In this document: positions 15,746 to 24,255 of the stretch, piece after piece | Position numbering within the stretch: the stretch's first letter is position 1 | Layout of the letters: each line of letters opens with the position of its first letter | Assembly (NCBI GenBank): GCA_964611445.1 | Contig: CAZSYZ010000002.1 | Coordinates: 1 to 37,780, forward strand | DNA from: an uncultured archaeon | GTDB taxonomy: Archaea; Aenigmatarchaeota; Aenigmatarchaeia; QMZP01; JAFGSV01 | Direction: 5' to 3' | Length of the DNA stretch: 37,780 nt | The notes under the pieces: model-generated | What the model was told of the DNA's origin: nothing | The model's input: the letters and a program-made list of their open reading frames with translations, nothing else | Databases searched by the model: none | Translations under genes and position numbers: made by a program

Positions 15746-18700
15746 TCACTTACCTCCTTTTGCTATTTTTACGAACCCCGACTCTTCATCGCATTTGGGG
15801 CAGTACTCATGCTCGCCCTCCAGATACCCGTGGAACGGGCATATGCTGAACGTCGGGGTCAGGGTGAAATAAGGAAGGTGGAAGTTCTCCGCTATGGTCT
15901 TCACCAGGGCCTTCGTGGCCTCCGCGCTCGGGAGCTTCTCGCCTATGAAGCCGTGTAAAACCGTGCCACCAGTATACTTTACCTGGAGCGGGTCCTGCAG
16001 TTCGAGCGCCTGGAAGATGTCGTCGGTGAAGCCCACGGGCAGCTGAGTGCTGTTCGTGTAGTAGGGCTTGGCGTCCTTCTTCCCGTACTTCTCCAGGTTG
16101 TACACCTTCATCTTCGGGAAGAGCTTCATGTCTATCCTCGCCAGCCTGTAGGACGTCCCCTCGGCGGGCGTGGCCTCGAGGTTGAATATGTCCCCTGTCT
16201 CATCCTGGAACTCCATGAGCTTTTTCCTCATGAAGTCGAGCACCTTTATCGCAAAGTCCCTGCCTTGCGGCTGGGTCATGTCATGCCCCGAGAAGTTCAG
16301 CAGCGCGTCGTTCATGCCGATTATGCCTATGGTCGAGAAGTGGTTCTTCCAGAAGCTTCCCTGCGACTTCTTTATGCCGCGAAGGTAGAACCTGCTGTAA
16401 GGGTAAAGGCCGCTGTCCGTGAACTTCTCCAAGATTTCCCTCTTTATTATGAGGCTCTCCTTGGCTAGCTCCATCCTTCTTTCGAGGATGTCGAAGAAGT
16501 CCTCCTCGTTCTCGGCCTCGTACGCGATCCTCGGCAGGTTGAGCGTCACCACGCCGACGGAATTTCCGCACCAGCAGACCCTCCCGTTTCTTCTGACGAA
16601 GAGTGTATTGTTTTCCACTTCGCAGCAATACACCTTCCCCTTGTAATCAACTTTCTTAATACTGCCCTCTCTCAATCTGTAGTGCCTTGTTTTTTGAACT
16701 CCGATAGTATAACAAATTCCTGCGTTGATTTTTCTGCCTTTTATTTCAGAGACTCTCCCTTTCCTGGCTGTAAGAGTACCAAGCCATCCCAATTTCATAA
16801 TGATTTCCTGCAAATCGTCTGCCAGTTTCTTTGAAGATGTCCAGTAATTGATTTGCCCGTTGGTTTTTCTTATGTGGCCATCACCCTTTACCATCCAGTC
16901 AAACAGAATCTTAAGCTGTCTCTTGCTCAGACCTTTTATTTCGGGCGGGACAAATTTTGTGTATTTATTGCCAAACTGCCGCAGGTAAGTCCAGAGCTGC
17001 TTGTTGCAGATTATAAAACTGTGGTTTTCCTCATAGTAATTGAAAGGCAGTTCATCCAAGATTTCCCTGAATTCCTTCCTTTTTCTCTTATTGATTTGGA
17101 CGACTGTAACCCTGTACCCGTGCCGCTTGGCAATTTTTTCGTTGTCGGTGCAGCCTTCAGCCAGCCAAAATCCAAAAAATCTTAACCAGTCACCCATTTT
17201 TACCCTCAAAGAGTCCCTGATCACTGAATAGGGGGTCCTGCCCTGCCTGCCATATTTTATAAATTCGATTCCGGGCAATACAAACCACTCTTTATCCTCC
17301 CCATCCCAAATACCTTGCTTCGGAATACGGTGATTATTAACATCAAAGTCTTTCGCTTCAACAAATTTTCTTTTGTTCTTGTAAGTCTGATCCACAACCA
17401 TCCTATGATTAGGCGTGACCAGCAGATCTAAGGATTTTGTCCTGAAGTTGTACATCTGTCCATCGTGGTCATATTTGAAAAGTCTTTTTGGTTTATGGAT
17501 TTCAATTTCGTTTTTCTCGTTCAGAGTAAACACCGCGTCTTTCTTAGTCAAATCCTTGAAGAATTTCCACCCGCCTTCAGTCAATATTTCGGTTTTTTCG
17601 TCATAACACCCCGTAAGAGGATGGGAGCCGAACAGCCCGCCTCCCCTCTTCCTCAGTTCCCGGTTGTCGATACGCAATCGGCAGCACATGCTCCTGACAT
17701 CATCCGGTTTCATATCCGAGTTTATGAAGTTGGCGAAATAGGGGATGCCGTATTTTGCGGTCATCTCCCAGATGGCCTGTAGCTCTTTCTTGTCCCACGG
17801 AAAGTCCTTTGTAACGTTGTATGTAGGTATGGGGAACGTGAAAGGTCTGCTTGAAGCGTCACCCGCAAGCATGGTTTCGGCGAACGCCCTGTTCAGCATG
17901 TCCATCTCCTCCTGGTAATCACCGTAAGTGGTGTCCTGGGGCTTGCCGCCTATTATGACAGGCTGACCTTTCATGAAACTTGGTGGTGTAAGATCCATAG
18001 TCAGATTAGAAAATGGAGTTTGGAAACCGACACGAGTCGGCACATTCATGTTGAACAGGAACTTCTGCATGGACTGCTTCACCTGCTCATACTTCAGCTT
18101 GTCCACCCGTATGAAGGGCGCCAGGAGCGTGTCGAAGTTGGACAGGGCCTGCGCCCCAGCGGCCTCGCCCTGCAGCGTGTACATGAAGTTGACTATCTGC
18201 ATGAGAGCGACGTCGAAGTGCTTAGCCGGCTTGCTTTCTATCTTGCCGCGGACTCCCCTGAAACCGGACATCAGCAGGTCTTCCAGGTCCCATCCTACGC
18301 AGTTGTGGTTCCACATGCCATTTACAACAAGTGTACTTGAATTCGTTGTTATATCATATATGTATTTGTCCGTTGTCTTTGTGCTTTCATTGTTAAGAAT
18401 CTTGTGCCAGCCAGCGCATTCTGCTCTCCATGCCTTGCCTGACAAACCTGCAGAATTGTATTTAAAGGATGGCAATGACTTCCCCTTCAATGTCCTGAAG
18501 CTTATTCCGAACAATGGATAATTCTGGACAATTCTCCTGCCTTTAAATTCGCGTTCCGTTCCGACTCCTTCAATGTTCCTGTCCCTAGCGACGAACCCAA
18601 GTAGATTCAGAACAGTTGCCATCTGTTCAAGCATGGTCCTGCTCGAGGTTCTCACATCGATGGAGGTCCTACTGCTGTTTATTGATCCGTCACCGTCTAT

Positions 18701-20107
18701 TACTCCTGCCACAATCCCCTTTACGAATCTTTTGTTGTAGCTCAGTATATCTTCGGGTAGCATCTTATCCTTACTTATTCCTCCGCATGTGAAAACTTCT
18801 TTTATCAGATATTTTACGAAGGTTGTATTCGCTATGTCCAGCGTTGTTATGCCATTTTTATCCCTCGCATACAGTCTGCATCCAAGCCCGTGGGCTGCAT
18901 TTTTGAGCCTCTCGAAGGCTTTCTTGTTGCTCGGTGTCTTTTTCTGCTTTATCTTTAACTTGTGTGCGTCCACACTGCCCTCTGCCAGGCAGTATCCTAC
19001 AAGATAACCTAGGTTTTCCGTCAATTTTACCCTGTTTGGAAGCACATTGGCGTTGTTGTTCGCTGAAACCATCACGTTCGCTTTAAAGTCTTTGGAATAC
19101 TTAGAATATTCCTCAAGCGGCATACCGTCTATCCAGAAATCGTCGATGCCACGATTGAGAAGCTCTTCTGCAAGAAAAATAGTTTCCTTGTGAAATAGTT
19201 TCTCCTTTGTCATGAGCTTCTTCAAATCAACTGTAAGTGTCTTGTCTTCCTCTGTCTTGACAAGCTTGGCAGCCTTTGTTTCACCTTGCTCATTCAATAT
19301 CATCGGGTGATCTTCCGTGACTATCACGGAGCGTCCGCCCTCGTTTTTTATGAACTGCATCTTTTTCTTTTTGGCTTTTTTCACAAGCCTTGTTGCCTCT
19401 GTCCATCCTTTTCCGTCAAGAACCATGAGGTTTTTCGGGTACTTGGCGCATGCGTCGTCTGCCTTTGACAGCAGATTCTCCTTTTCTTTCAGTGACTCAT
19501 AAAGACGCTGGAATGACGTTACCAGTAACCTACCATCCAGCTTTGCTATCACACTTTCCTTTCCAAAATAAGTATAAGGCCCGAGCGTTCCGAGGTCGTG
19601 TATGTGGAACTCCCCGTTGATGTGGGCGTCCCTTATCTCCTTGGGGTACACGCTGTTCAGCCAGTAGTTGGATATGACCTTGGACGTTATGTGGACGTTC
19701 AGCCCCTGAAGAGAATAAGTCATGTTGCTGTTCTCCCTCACCCTCCAGTCCAGCTCCTCTATGTAATCGTCGACTATCGTTATGTCCCTGAGCAGCTTGG
19801 TCACTTCCCTGAGGTTCTTGTGCTGCTCCCTGTAGAGTATGTAGGCCTTGGCGGTCTTCGCATGGCCGTTCTCTATGAGCACCTTCTCCACCATGTCCTG
19901 TATGTGCTCCACGCCGGGTATGCCCCCGTCGTCGTACTTCCTTTCGAGAACCCTCACGACGTCCTTGGTAAGCTTCTCCGCGATCGTCCTGTCCTTCCCG
20001 CCGACTGACTGCGCCGCGGCCCATATGGCCTTGGTTATCTTCTCCGTGTCGAACTTCACGACCCTGCCGTCCCTTTTCCTTATCTTCCCGATCTTCGGCT
20101 TCATCAT
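15746..20107 (-). CDS. nrdD: Anaerobic (class III) ribonucleoside-triphosphate reductase large part, with an ATP-cone and two inteins. It lacks the glycyl-radical tail.
   Basis: N-terminal ATP-cone IRKRDGRVVKFDTEKITKAI. Extein motifs are FHIHDLGTLGPY|CVGWDL, RKRGGGLFGSHPLTG|SVGVVTLNLPR, and a zinc ribbon CPFHGYLEGEHEYCPKC at the end. I prefer the ATG at 20107, which follows GGAAGGTG. Confidence 0.9.
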   Translation of the reverse strand: MMKPKIGKIRKRDGRVVKFDTEKITKAIWAAAQSVGGKDRTIAEKLTKDVVRVLERKYDDGGIPGVEHIQDMVEKVLIENGHAKTAKAYILYREQHKNLREVTKLLRDITIVDDYIEELDWRVRENSNMTYSLQGLNVHITSKVISNYWLNSVYPKEIRDAHINGEFHIHDLGTLGPYTYFGKESVIAKLDGRLLVTSFQRLYESLKEKENLLSKADDACAKYPKNLMVLDGKGWTEATRLVKKAKKKKMQFIKNEGGRSVIVTEDHPMILNEQGETKAAKLVKTEEDKTLTVDLKKLMTKEKLFHKETIFLAEELLNRGIDDFWIDGMPLEEYSKYSKDFKANVMVSANNNANVLPNRVKLTENLGYLVGYCLAEGSVDAHKLKIKQKKTPSNKKAFERLKNAAHGLGCRLYARDKNGITTLDIANTTFVKYLIKEVFTCGGISKDKMLPEDILSYNKRFVKGIVAGVIDGDGSINSSRTSIDVRTSSRTMLEQMATVLNLLGFVARDRNIEGVGTEREFKGRRIVQNYPLFGISFRTLKGKSLPSFKYNSAGLSGKAWRAECAGWHKILNNESTKTTDKYIYDITTNSSTLVVNGMWNHNCVGWDLEDLLMSGFRGVRGKIESKPAKHFDVALMQIVNFMYTLQGEAAGAQALSNFDTLLAPFIRVDKLKYEQVKQSMQKFLFNMNVPTRVGFQTPFSNLTMDLTPPSFMKGQPVIIGGKPQDTTYGDYQEEMDMLNRAFAETMLAGDASSRPFTFPIPTYNVTKDFPWDKKELQAIWEMTAKYGIPYFANFINSDMKPDDVRSMCCRLRIDNRELRKRGGGLFGSHPLTGCYDEKTEILTEGGWKFFKDLTKKDAVFTLNEKNEIEIHKPKRLFKYDHDGQMYNFRTKSLDLLVTPNHRMVVDQTYKNKRKFVEAKDFDVNNHRIPKQGIWDGEDKEWFVLPGIEFIKYGRQGRTPYSVIRDSLRVKMGDWLRFFGFWLAEGCTDNEKIAKRHGYRVTVVQINKRKRKEFREILDELPFNYYEENHSFIICNKQLWTYLRQFGNKYTKFVPPEIKGLSKRQLKILFDWMVKGDGHIRKTNGQINYWTSSKKLADDLQEIIMKLGWLGTLTARKGRVSEIKGRKINAGICYTIGVQKTRHYRLREGSIKKVDYKGKVYCCEVENNTLFVRRNGRVCWCGNSVGVVTLNLPRIAYEAENEEDFFDILERRMELAKESLIIKREILEKFTDSGLYPYSRFYLRGIKKSQGSFWKNHFSTIGIIGMNDALLNFSGHDMTQPQGRDFAIKVLDFMRKKLMEFQDETGDIFNLEATPAEGTSYRLARIDMKLFPKMKVYNLEKYGKKDAKPYYTNSTQLPVGFTDDIFQALELQDPLQVKYTGGTVLHGFIGEKLPSAEATKALVKTIAENFHLPYFTLTPTFSICPFHGYLEGEHEYCPKCDEESGFVKIAKGGK
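16562..17608 (-). mobile_element. NrdD intein 2 (349 aa) with a LAGLIDADG homing endonuclease domain.
   Basis: It starts CYDEKTEILTEGG and ends ..RVCWCGN, followed by a +1 Ser. LAGLIDADG-like blocks are LRFFGFWLAEGC and LFDWMVKGDGHI. It is AT-rich relative to the exteins and its length is an exact multiple of 3. Confidence 0.85.
18302..19573 (-). mobile_element. NrdD intein 1 (424 aa) with a LAGLIDADG homing endonuclease domain.
   Basis: It ends ..VVNGMWNHN, followed by a +1 Cys. Block B is GRSVIVTEDHPM. LAGLIDADG blocks are LGYLVGYCLAEGS and FVKGIVAGVIDGDGSI. The inferred first residue is Thr (TYFGKESVIAKLDG). It is AT-rich. Confidence 0.8.
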
Positions 20108-20117
20108 CACACCTTCC

Positions 20118-20597
20118 TTAATCGCATCCCCTGTTTTTCGACTCTATGCTTTTCCTGAGCTTCCGGAGCTCCTTCTCGAAGGAGCTCAGGTCCGTGAATT
20201 CCCTGTATACTGACGCGAACCGTATGTATGCCACCTTGTCGAGGTCCCTGAGCCTTTCCATCACGAGCTTTCCTATCTGGGCGCTGGGGACTTCCTTCTC
20301 CCCATAGTTCCTGAGCTCGCCCTCGACGCCGCTGACGAGCTTCTCGACCTGCTCCCTCGGTATGGGCCTCTTCTCGCATGCCCTCAGGATGCCGGCGAGC
20401 AGCTTCTCCCTGTCGAAGCTCTCGCGCCTGCCGTCCTTCTTGAGCACCGATAGGCCCGTCAGCTCTATCCTCTCGTAGGAAGTGTACCTCTTTCCGCATT
20501 TCAGGCACTCCCTTCTCCGCCTTATCGAGTCCGTCTCGGGGGCGTCCCTCTTGTCCACGACCTTGCTCTTCACTTCGAGGCAGTACGGGCATTTCAT
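20118..20597 (-). CDS. nrdR: NrdR transcriptional repressor (zinc ribbon + ATP-cone).
   Basis: MKCPYCLEVKSKVVDKR....RRRRECLKCGKRYTSYERIE followed by an ATP-cone. It lies directly upstream of nrdD. Confidence 0.9.
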   Translation of the reverse strand: MKCPYCLEVKSKVVDKRDAPETDSIRRRRECLKCGKRYTSYERIELTGLSVLKKDGRRESFDREKLLAGILRACEKRPIPREQVEKLVSGVEGELRNYGEKEVPSAQIGKLVMERLRDLDKVAYIRFASVYREFTDLSSFEKELRKLRKSIESKNRGCD

Positions 20598-20643
20598 AGC
20601 GTCACCATTCTACAGCCGTGGCTGGTTTTCAGTCGATATAAAA

Positions 20644-20679
20644 TGTCACTGGAATGTGACAAAACACAACATATTGTGT
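20644..20679. promoter_or_regulatory. Candidate NrdR boxes in the nrdR-nrdD leader.
   Basis: ACACAACATATTGTGT (20664..20679) fits the bacterial NrdR-box palindrome acaCwAtATaTwGtgt. An adjacent inverted repeat TGTCACtggaaTGTGACA lies at 20644..20661. On the minus strand, the TATA-like CTTTATATA at about 20719..20727 sits upstream of them. Confidence 0.6.
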
Positions 20680-20776
20680 CCCAGACACAACTTCCAATAC
20701 AATATTGGTCCAAGGGGGTATATAAAGATTTATTTCCTCGGACATATAGAATTGGAAATATTTCTTTGAAAATATT

Positions 20777-21004
20777 CTAATCTTGATACCGTTCTTTGAA
20801 AGAATCTCTCATGCCCTTTTTAAGATATCTCTTCTCCTTTCCCTTTGCATGATGCCTGATATTATCGAGACCATCTGCTGTCCCGAGAAAGAATGTCTTT
20901 GCACCAAAATATCCTATTCCAACAGCGTCAGTATAACCATCGGAGTTGACATCATCCACGTGTTTTATTTCTCGTGGATGCCTGATTACATCACGGGTTA
21001 TCAA
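20777..21004 (-). pseudogene. Possible remnant of an FG-GAP/VCBS-repeat protein gene.
   Basis: The 75-aa ORF contains DVNSDGYTDAVGIGYFGA. Just upstream, in another frame, a 34-aa ORF (MRFSKYYGFGRMVTNIGFMGYVAISTVGGLLPAT) suggests a frameshifted fragment. The region is AT-rich. Confidence 0.25.
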
Positions 21005-21182
21005 GTTGCAGGTAGAAGACCACCGACTGTCGATATAGCAACGTATCCCATAAAACCTATGTTCGTTACCATTCTACCAAAACCGTAATATTTACTGAAT
21101 CTCATATCCAAACATGAACAATAACCTTTTTAAAGGTATTTTCTATCAAACTTTTAAACTTAGGCATACCTAAATATTGACT

Positions 21183-21815
21183 ATGGTGAGGCACAGGATG
21201 CATGAAAGGGTGCGCTCCACTGAGAGCGTCGAGGAGTATCTCGAGACGCTGTGCAGGCTCGCGGAGAGGGGGGAGAGGCTCAGCACTAAGAATATAGCCG
21301 GAAAGCTCGGCGTCTCCCAGGCAAGCGTCTCTGAGATGCTGAAGAGGATTGAGAGGGAGGGTTATGTCACTCACGCCCCGTACAAGGACGCTGTCCTTAC
21401 CAAGAGCGGGAGGCTTCTTGGCGGAAAGATGCTGGGAAGGCACAGGCTCCTTGAGAGGTTCCTCGAAGGCATGGGCATGCGGAGGAACCGCATCCACGGG
21501 GAGGCATGCAGGCTCGAGCATCATGTTTCCGACGAGCTCGAGTGCATCATAAAGAAGAAGCTCGACGGCCCGCCCGAAAGGGGGCTGCACAGCCTCGTTG
21601 ACCTCAGGAACGGCCAGGAAGGAGAGCTGGTGGCCATAGACGGGGGAGCAAGGGCGGTTAAACGCCTCGAGGACATGGGGCTGACGCCGGGCGCGGGGAT
21701 AAGGGTCACGCGCTCCGCTCCCTTTTCCGGACCCGTCGAGGTCCGCATCCGCGATTCCTGCCTGGTGATAGGAAGGGGCATGGCGGCCAAGATATTCGTG
21801 AAGGTGAAAGGATGA
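21183..21815 (+). CDS. DtxR/SirR-family metal-dependent regulator with a C-terminal FeoA-like domain.
   Basis: The wHTH region is EEYLETLCRLAERGERLSTKNIAGKLGVSQASVSEMLKRIEREGYV. The C-terminal region GELVAIDGGARAVKRLEDMGLTPGAGIRVTR is FeoA-type SH3-like. The start is ambiguous (21177, 21183 or 21198). Confidence 0.85.
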   Translation: MVRHRMHERVRSTESVEEYLETLCRLAERGERLSTKNIAGKLGVSQASVSEMLKRIEREGYVTHAPYKDAVLTKSGRLLGGKMLGRHRLLERFLEGMGMRRNRIHGEACRLEHHVSDELECIIKKKLDGPPERGLHSLVDLRNGQEGELVAIDGGARAVKRLEDMGLTPGAGIRVTRSAPFSGPVEVRIRDSCLVIGRGMAAKIFVKVKG

Positions 21816-23722
21816 AAAGGCTGACCGTCGCCCTCGCCGGCAACGCGAACGTCGGCAAGTCCGTCATTTTCAACGAATTCACGGGCCTTCACCAACACAT
21901 AGGCAACTGGCCGGGGAAGACCGTGGAGAAGGCAGAAGGGACGCTTCACCACAGGGGTTATGAGATAGACGTCATAGACCTTCCGGGCATATATTCCCTT
22001 TCGACGTATTCCCTCGAGGAGGTCATAACCCGCGAGTACATAATCAACGAGAAGCCGGATGTGGTCATAAACGTCGTGGACGCTTCGGTCCTCGAGAGGA
22101 ACCTTTACTTCACCATTCAGCTCCTGGAGCTCGGGAGGCCGATGGTCATAGCACTCAACCAGATGGACCAGGCCAAGAAAAAGGGCATAGCCCTGGACTG
22201 CAGGAAGCTGGAGAAGGCCCTAGGCGTTCCCGTAATCCCGACCATAGCCGTGAAGGGCAAGGGCATGCAGGAGCTCCTTGAGAAGGCCGTTCGGGCCGCT
22301 GAGGAGAAGAAGGCGCCGAAGCCCCTCTATTACGGGAAGGAGATAGAGGGCGCAATAACCAAGGTCGGCAGGAAGCTTGAGACATCGGGGACGGCGTACT
22401 CGAAGAGGTGGCTCGCGATAAAGCTGCTTGAGGGCGACAGGGAGGTCAGGAAGCTGCCACTCGACAGGGAAGCGCTTTCCGAGACGGCGAAGGTTTCGAA
22501 ATCCGTCGAGCATCTCCACCACCATTCGTGCCCCACGGCCATGGCATGCGAGATGTACGCGAAGGCGGCGGGCATCGCGGAGGACGTCCAGCTCAGGACA
22601 AAGATGAAAAAGAGGTTCTCGGAGAAATTCGACGACCTGAGCACCCACAAGATATGGGGCTACCCCGTGATGGCCGCGCTGCTCCTTGCCATGTTCTTCG
22701 GCATATTCGGGCTCGGGAACATCGTGGCCGTGTACATAGAGGGCTCATTCACTTTCCTGATAGCGCCGCTCGGGCAGATTGGCGGTATCGCAGGGGAACT
22801 GATATTAGCCCTGGCCGAGGGAATAGTGGCCACGCTCACGGTCGTGATACCCTACATACTTCCGTTCTACCTGATACTGGGGCTCCTTGAAGGCTCGGGG
22901 TACATGGCAAGGATAGCGTTCCTTATGGACAGTGTGATGCACAGGATGGGGCTCCACGGGAAGGCGTTCATACCGCTCATGATGGGCTTCGGGTGCAACG
23001 TTCCCGCATGCCTCTCGTGCAGGGTCATGGAGACCCACAGGGAAAGGCTCATCGCGGTTTTCGTCACCACGCTGATACCCTGCGCGGCCGTCACCACGGT
23101 CATACTTGGTCTCGTCGGGAGGTTCGTCGGCATATGGTGGGCGCTCGGCCTTTACGTGATAGACGCCGCGATAGTGCTGGCGCTGGGGCGCGTAGCCTTC
23201 AAGGCGTTTCCGGGAGAGCCTTCGGGGCTGATAATGGAGATGCCGCCGCTCAGGATGCCCCACATATCAACCGTACTGAAGCAGGCGTGGTTCAAGATAG
23301 AGGGATTCGTCAGGATCGCGTTCCCTGTTATAATCGCGGCAACGCTCGCCATAAAGGCGCTTGAGATAATCGGTGTGATAGGGGCCGTGTCCGGTGCAAT
23401 ATCGCCGGTCACCGTCTGGTGGCTGGGACTGCCGGCCGTTTCCGGAATACTGCTAATATTCGGCATACTGAGGAAAGAGCTCACCATCGTGATGCTGGCG
23501 GCGCTCATGGGCACCACCAACTTCGCCCTCGTCCTGACACCAGTGCAGATGCTGGTCTTCGCCCTCGTGACGATGCTCTACATACCGTGCGCCTCGACCA
23601 TCGCGGCGCTCGTGAAGGAGACGGGATGGAAGAGGGCGCTTTACATAACCGTCTTCGAGATAGCTTTCGCGATAGTCGCAGGCGGGATTTTCTACAGACT
23701 GTTGCTTCTTCTTGGAATATAA
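21812..23722 (+). CDS. feoB: Ferrous iron transporter FeoB.
   Basis: N-terminal GTPase motif ALAGNANVGKSVIFNEFTG followed by a polytopic membrane domain. Its ATGA overlaps the upstream gene. Confidence 0.92.
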   Translation: MKRLTVALAGNANVGKSVIFNEFTGLHQHIGNWPGKTVEKAEGTLHHRGYEIDVIDLPGIYSLSTYSLEEVITREYIINEKPDVVINVVDASVLERNLYFTIQLLELGRPMVIALNQMDQAKKKGIALDCRKLEKALGVPVIPTIAVKGKGMQELLEKAVRAAEEKKAPKPLYYGKEIEGAITKVGRKLETSGTAYSKRWLAIKLLEGDREVRKLPLDREALSETAKVSKSVEHLHHHSCPTAMACEMYAKAAGIAEDVQLRTKMKKRFSEKFDDLSTHKIWGYPVMAALLLAMFFGIFGLGNIVAVYIEGSFTFLIAPLGQIGGIAGELILALAEGIVATLTVVIPYILPFYLILGLLEGSGYMARIAFLMDSVMHRMGLHGKAFIPLMMGFGCNVPACLSCRVMETHRERLIAVFVTTLIPCAAVTTVILGLVGRFVGIWWALGLYVIDAAIVLALGRVAFKAFPGEPSGLIMEMPPLRMPHISTVLKQAWFKIEGFVRIAFPVIIAATLAIKALEIIGVIGAVSGAISPVTVWWLGLPAVSGILLIFGILRKELTIVMLAALMGTTNFALVLTPVQMLVFALVTMLYIPCASTIAALVKETGWKRALYITVFEIAFAIVAGGIFYRLLLLLGI

Positions 23723-23791
23723 ATGTCACTAAATGGTAGTTAAAATAGATACCTTTATAAACACATAATCCGATAATCTATTAAAAAGTAA

Positions 23792-24214
23792 GTGATAGAG
23801 ATGAGGATCTTCAATGGCTTAAAAGGGTATATTCCAGGGGCTTTTGCTTTATTTGAAATAGTGTCTTCCTGCGTGGCTCCTTCAGAATCAACAAATTACT
23901 TCAGGAAACTCGACTATGCGATGGATAAATTGGGAGTCGGTGACACTTCAATGCTAGTATTTCTGCCGGATGGCTACATTACATCAAAAATTGTTAAAGG
24001 GACACTAACGACACTGGCCGGAATTGAGGCAGGAACCGTTAAGGTCGTAAGGACGAATGGAAGATACTTCGCACAGGGTTCTTACAGTCAGGTACTGAAC
24101 CCGGAAGCCATGGAGAAGGTTTGCAGGGATTCTGACACCAACGAGGACAAGATAATAACGTGGGAAGAGGCAACCAGGCACTCCATGGAACTTTATGAAG
24201 AACATGCCAAGTAA
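23792..24214 (+). CDS. Hypothetical protein in an AT-richer island.
   Basis: A 140-aa ORF with no recognisable family. It has one EF-hand-like loop, DTNEDKIITWEE. The start could be the ATG at 23801. Confidence 0.5.
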   Translation: MIEMRIFNGLKGYIPGAFALFEIVSSCVAPSESTNYFRKLDYAMDKLGVGDTSMLVFLPDGYITSKIVKGTLTTLAGIEAGTVKVVRTNGRYFAQGSYSQVLNPEAMEKVCRDSDTNEDKIITWEEATRHSMELYEEHAK

Positions 24215-24255
24215 AAGCCAGGTTTTTATGGCACTCTCATCTTTGAAAATTAATT

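Noticed and set aside
23792-24214. An EF-hand calcium-binding protein call for the 140-aa ORF.
   Set aside because: There is only a single 12-residue loop-like match (DTNEDKIITWEE), with Lys at the usually Gly position and no paired second EF-hand. That is not enough for a functional call.
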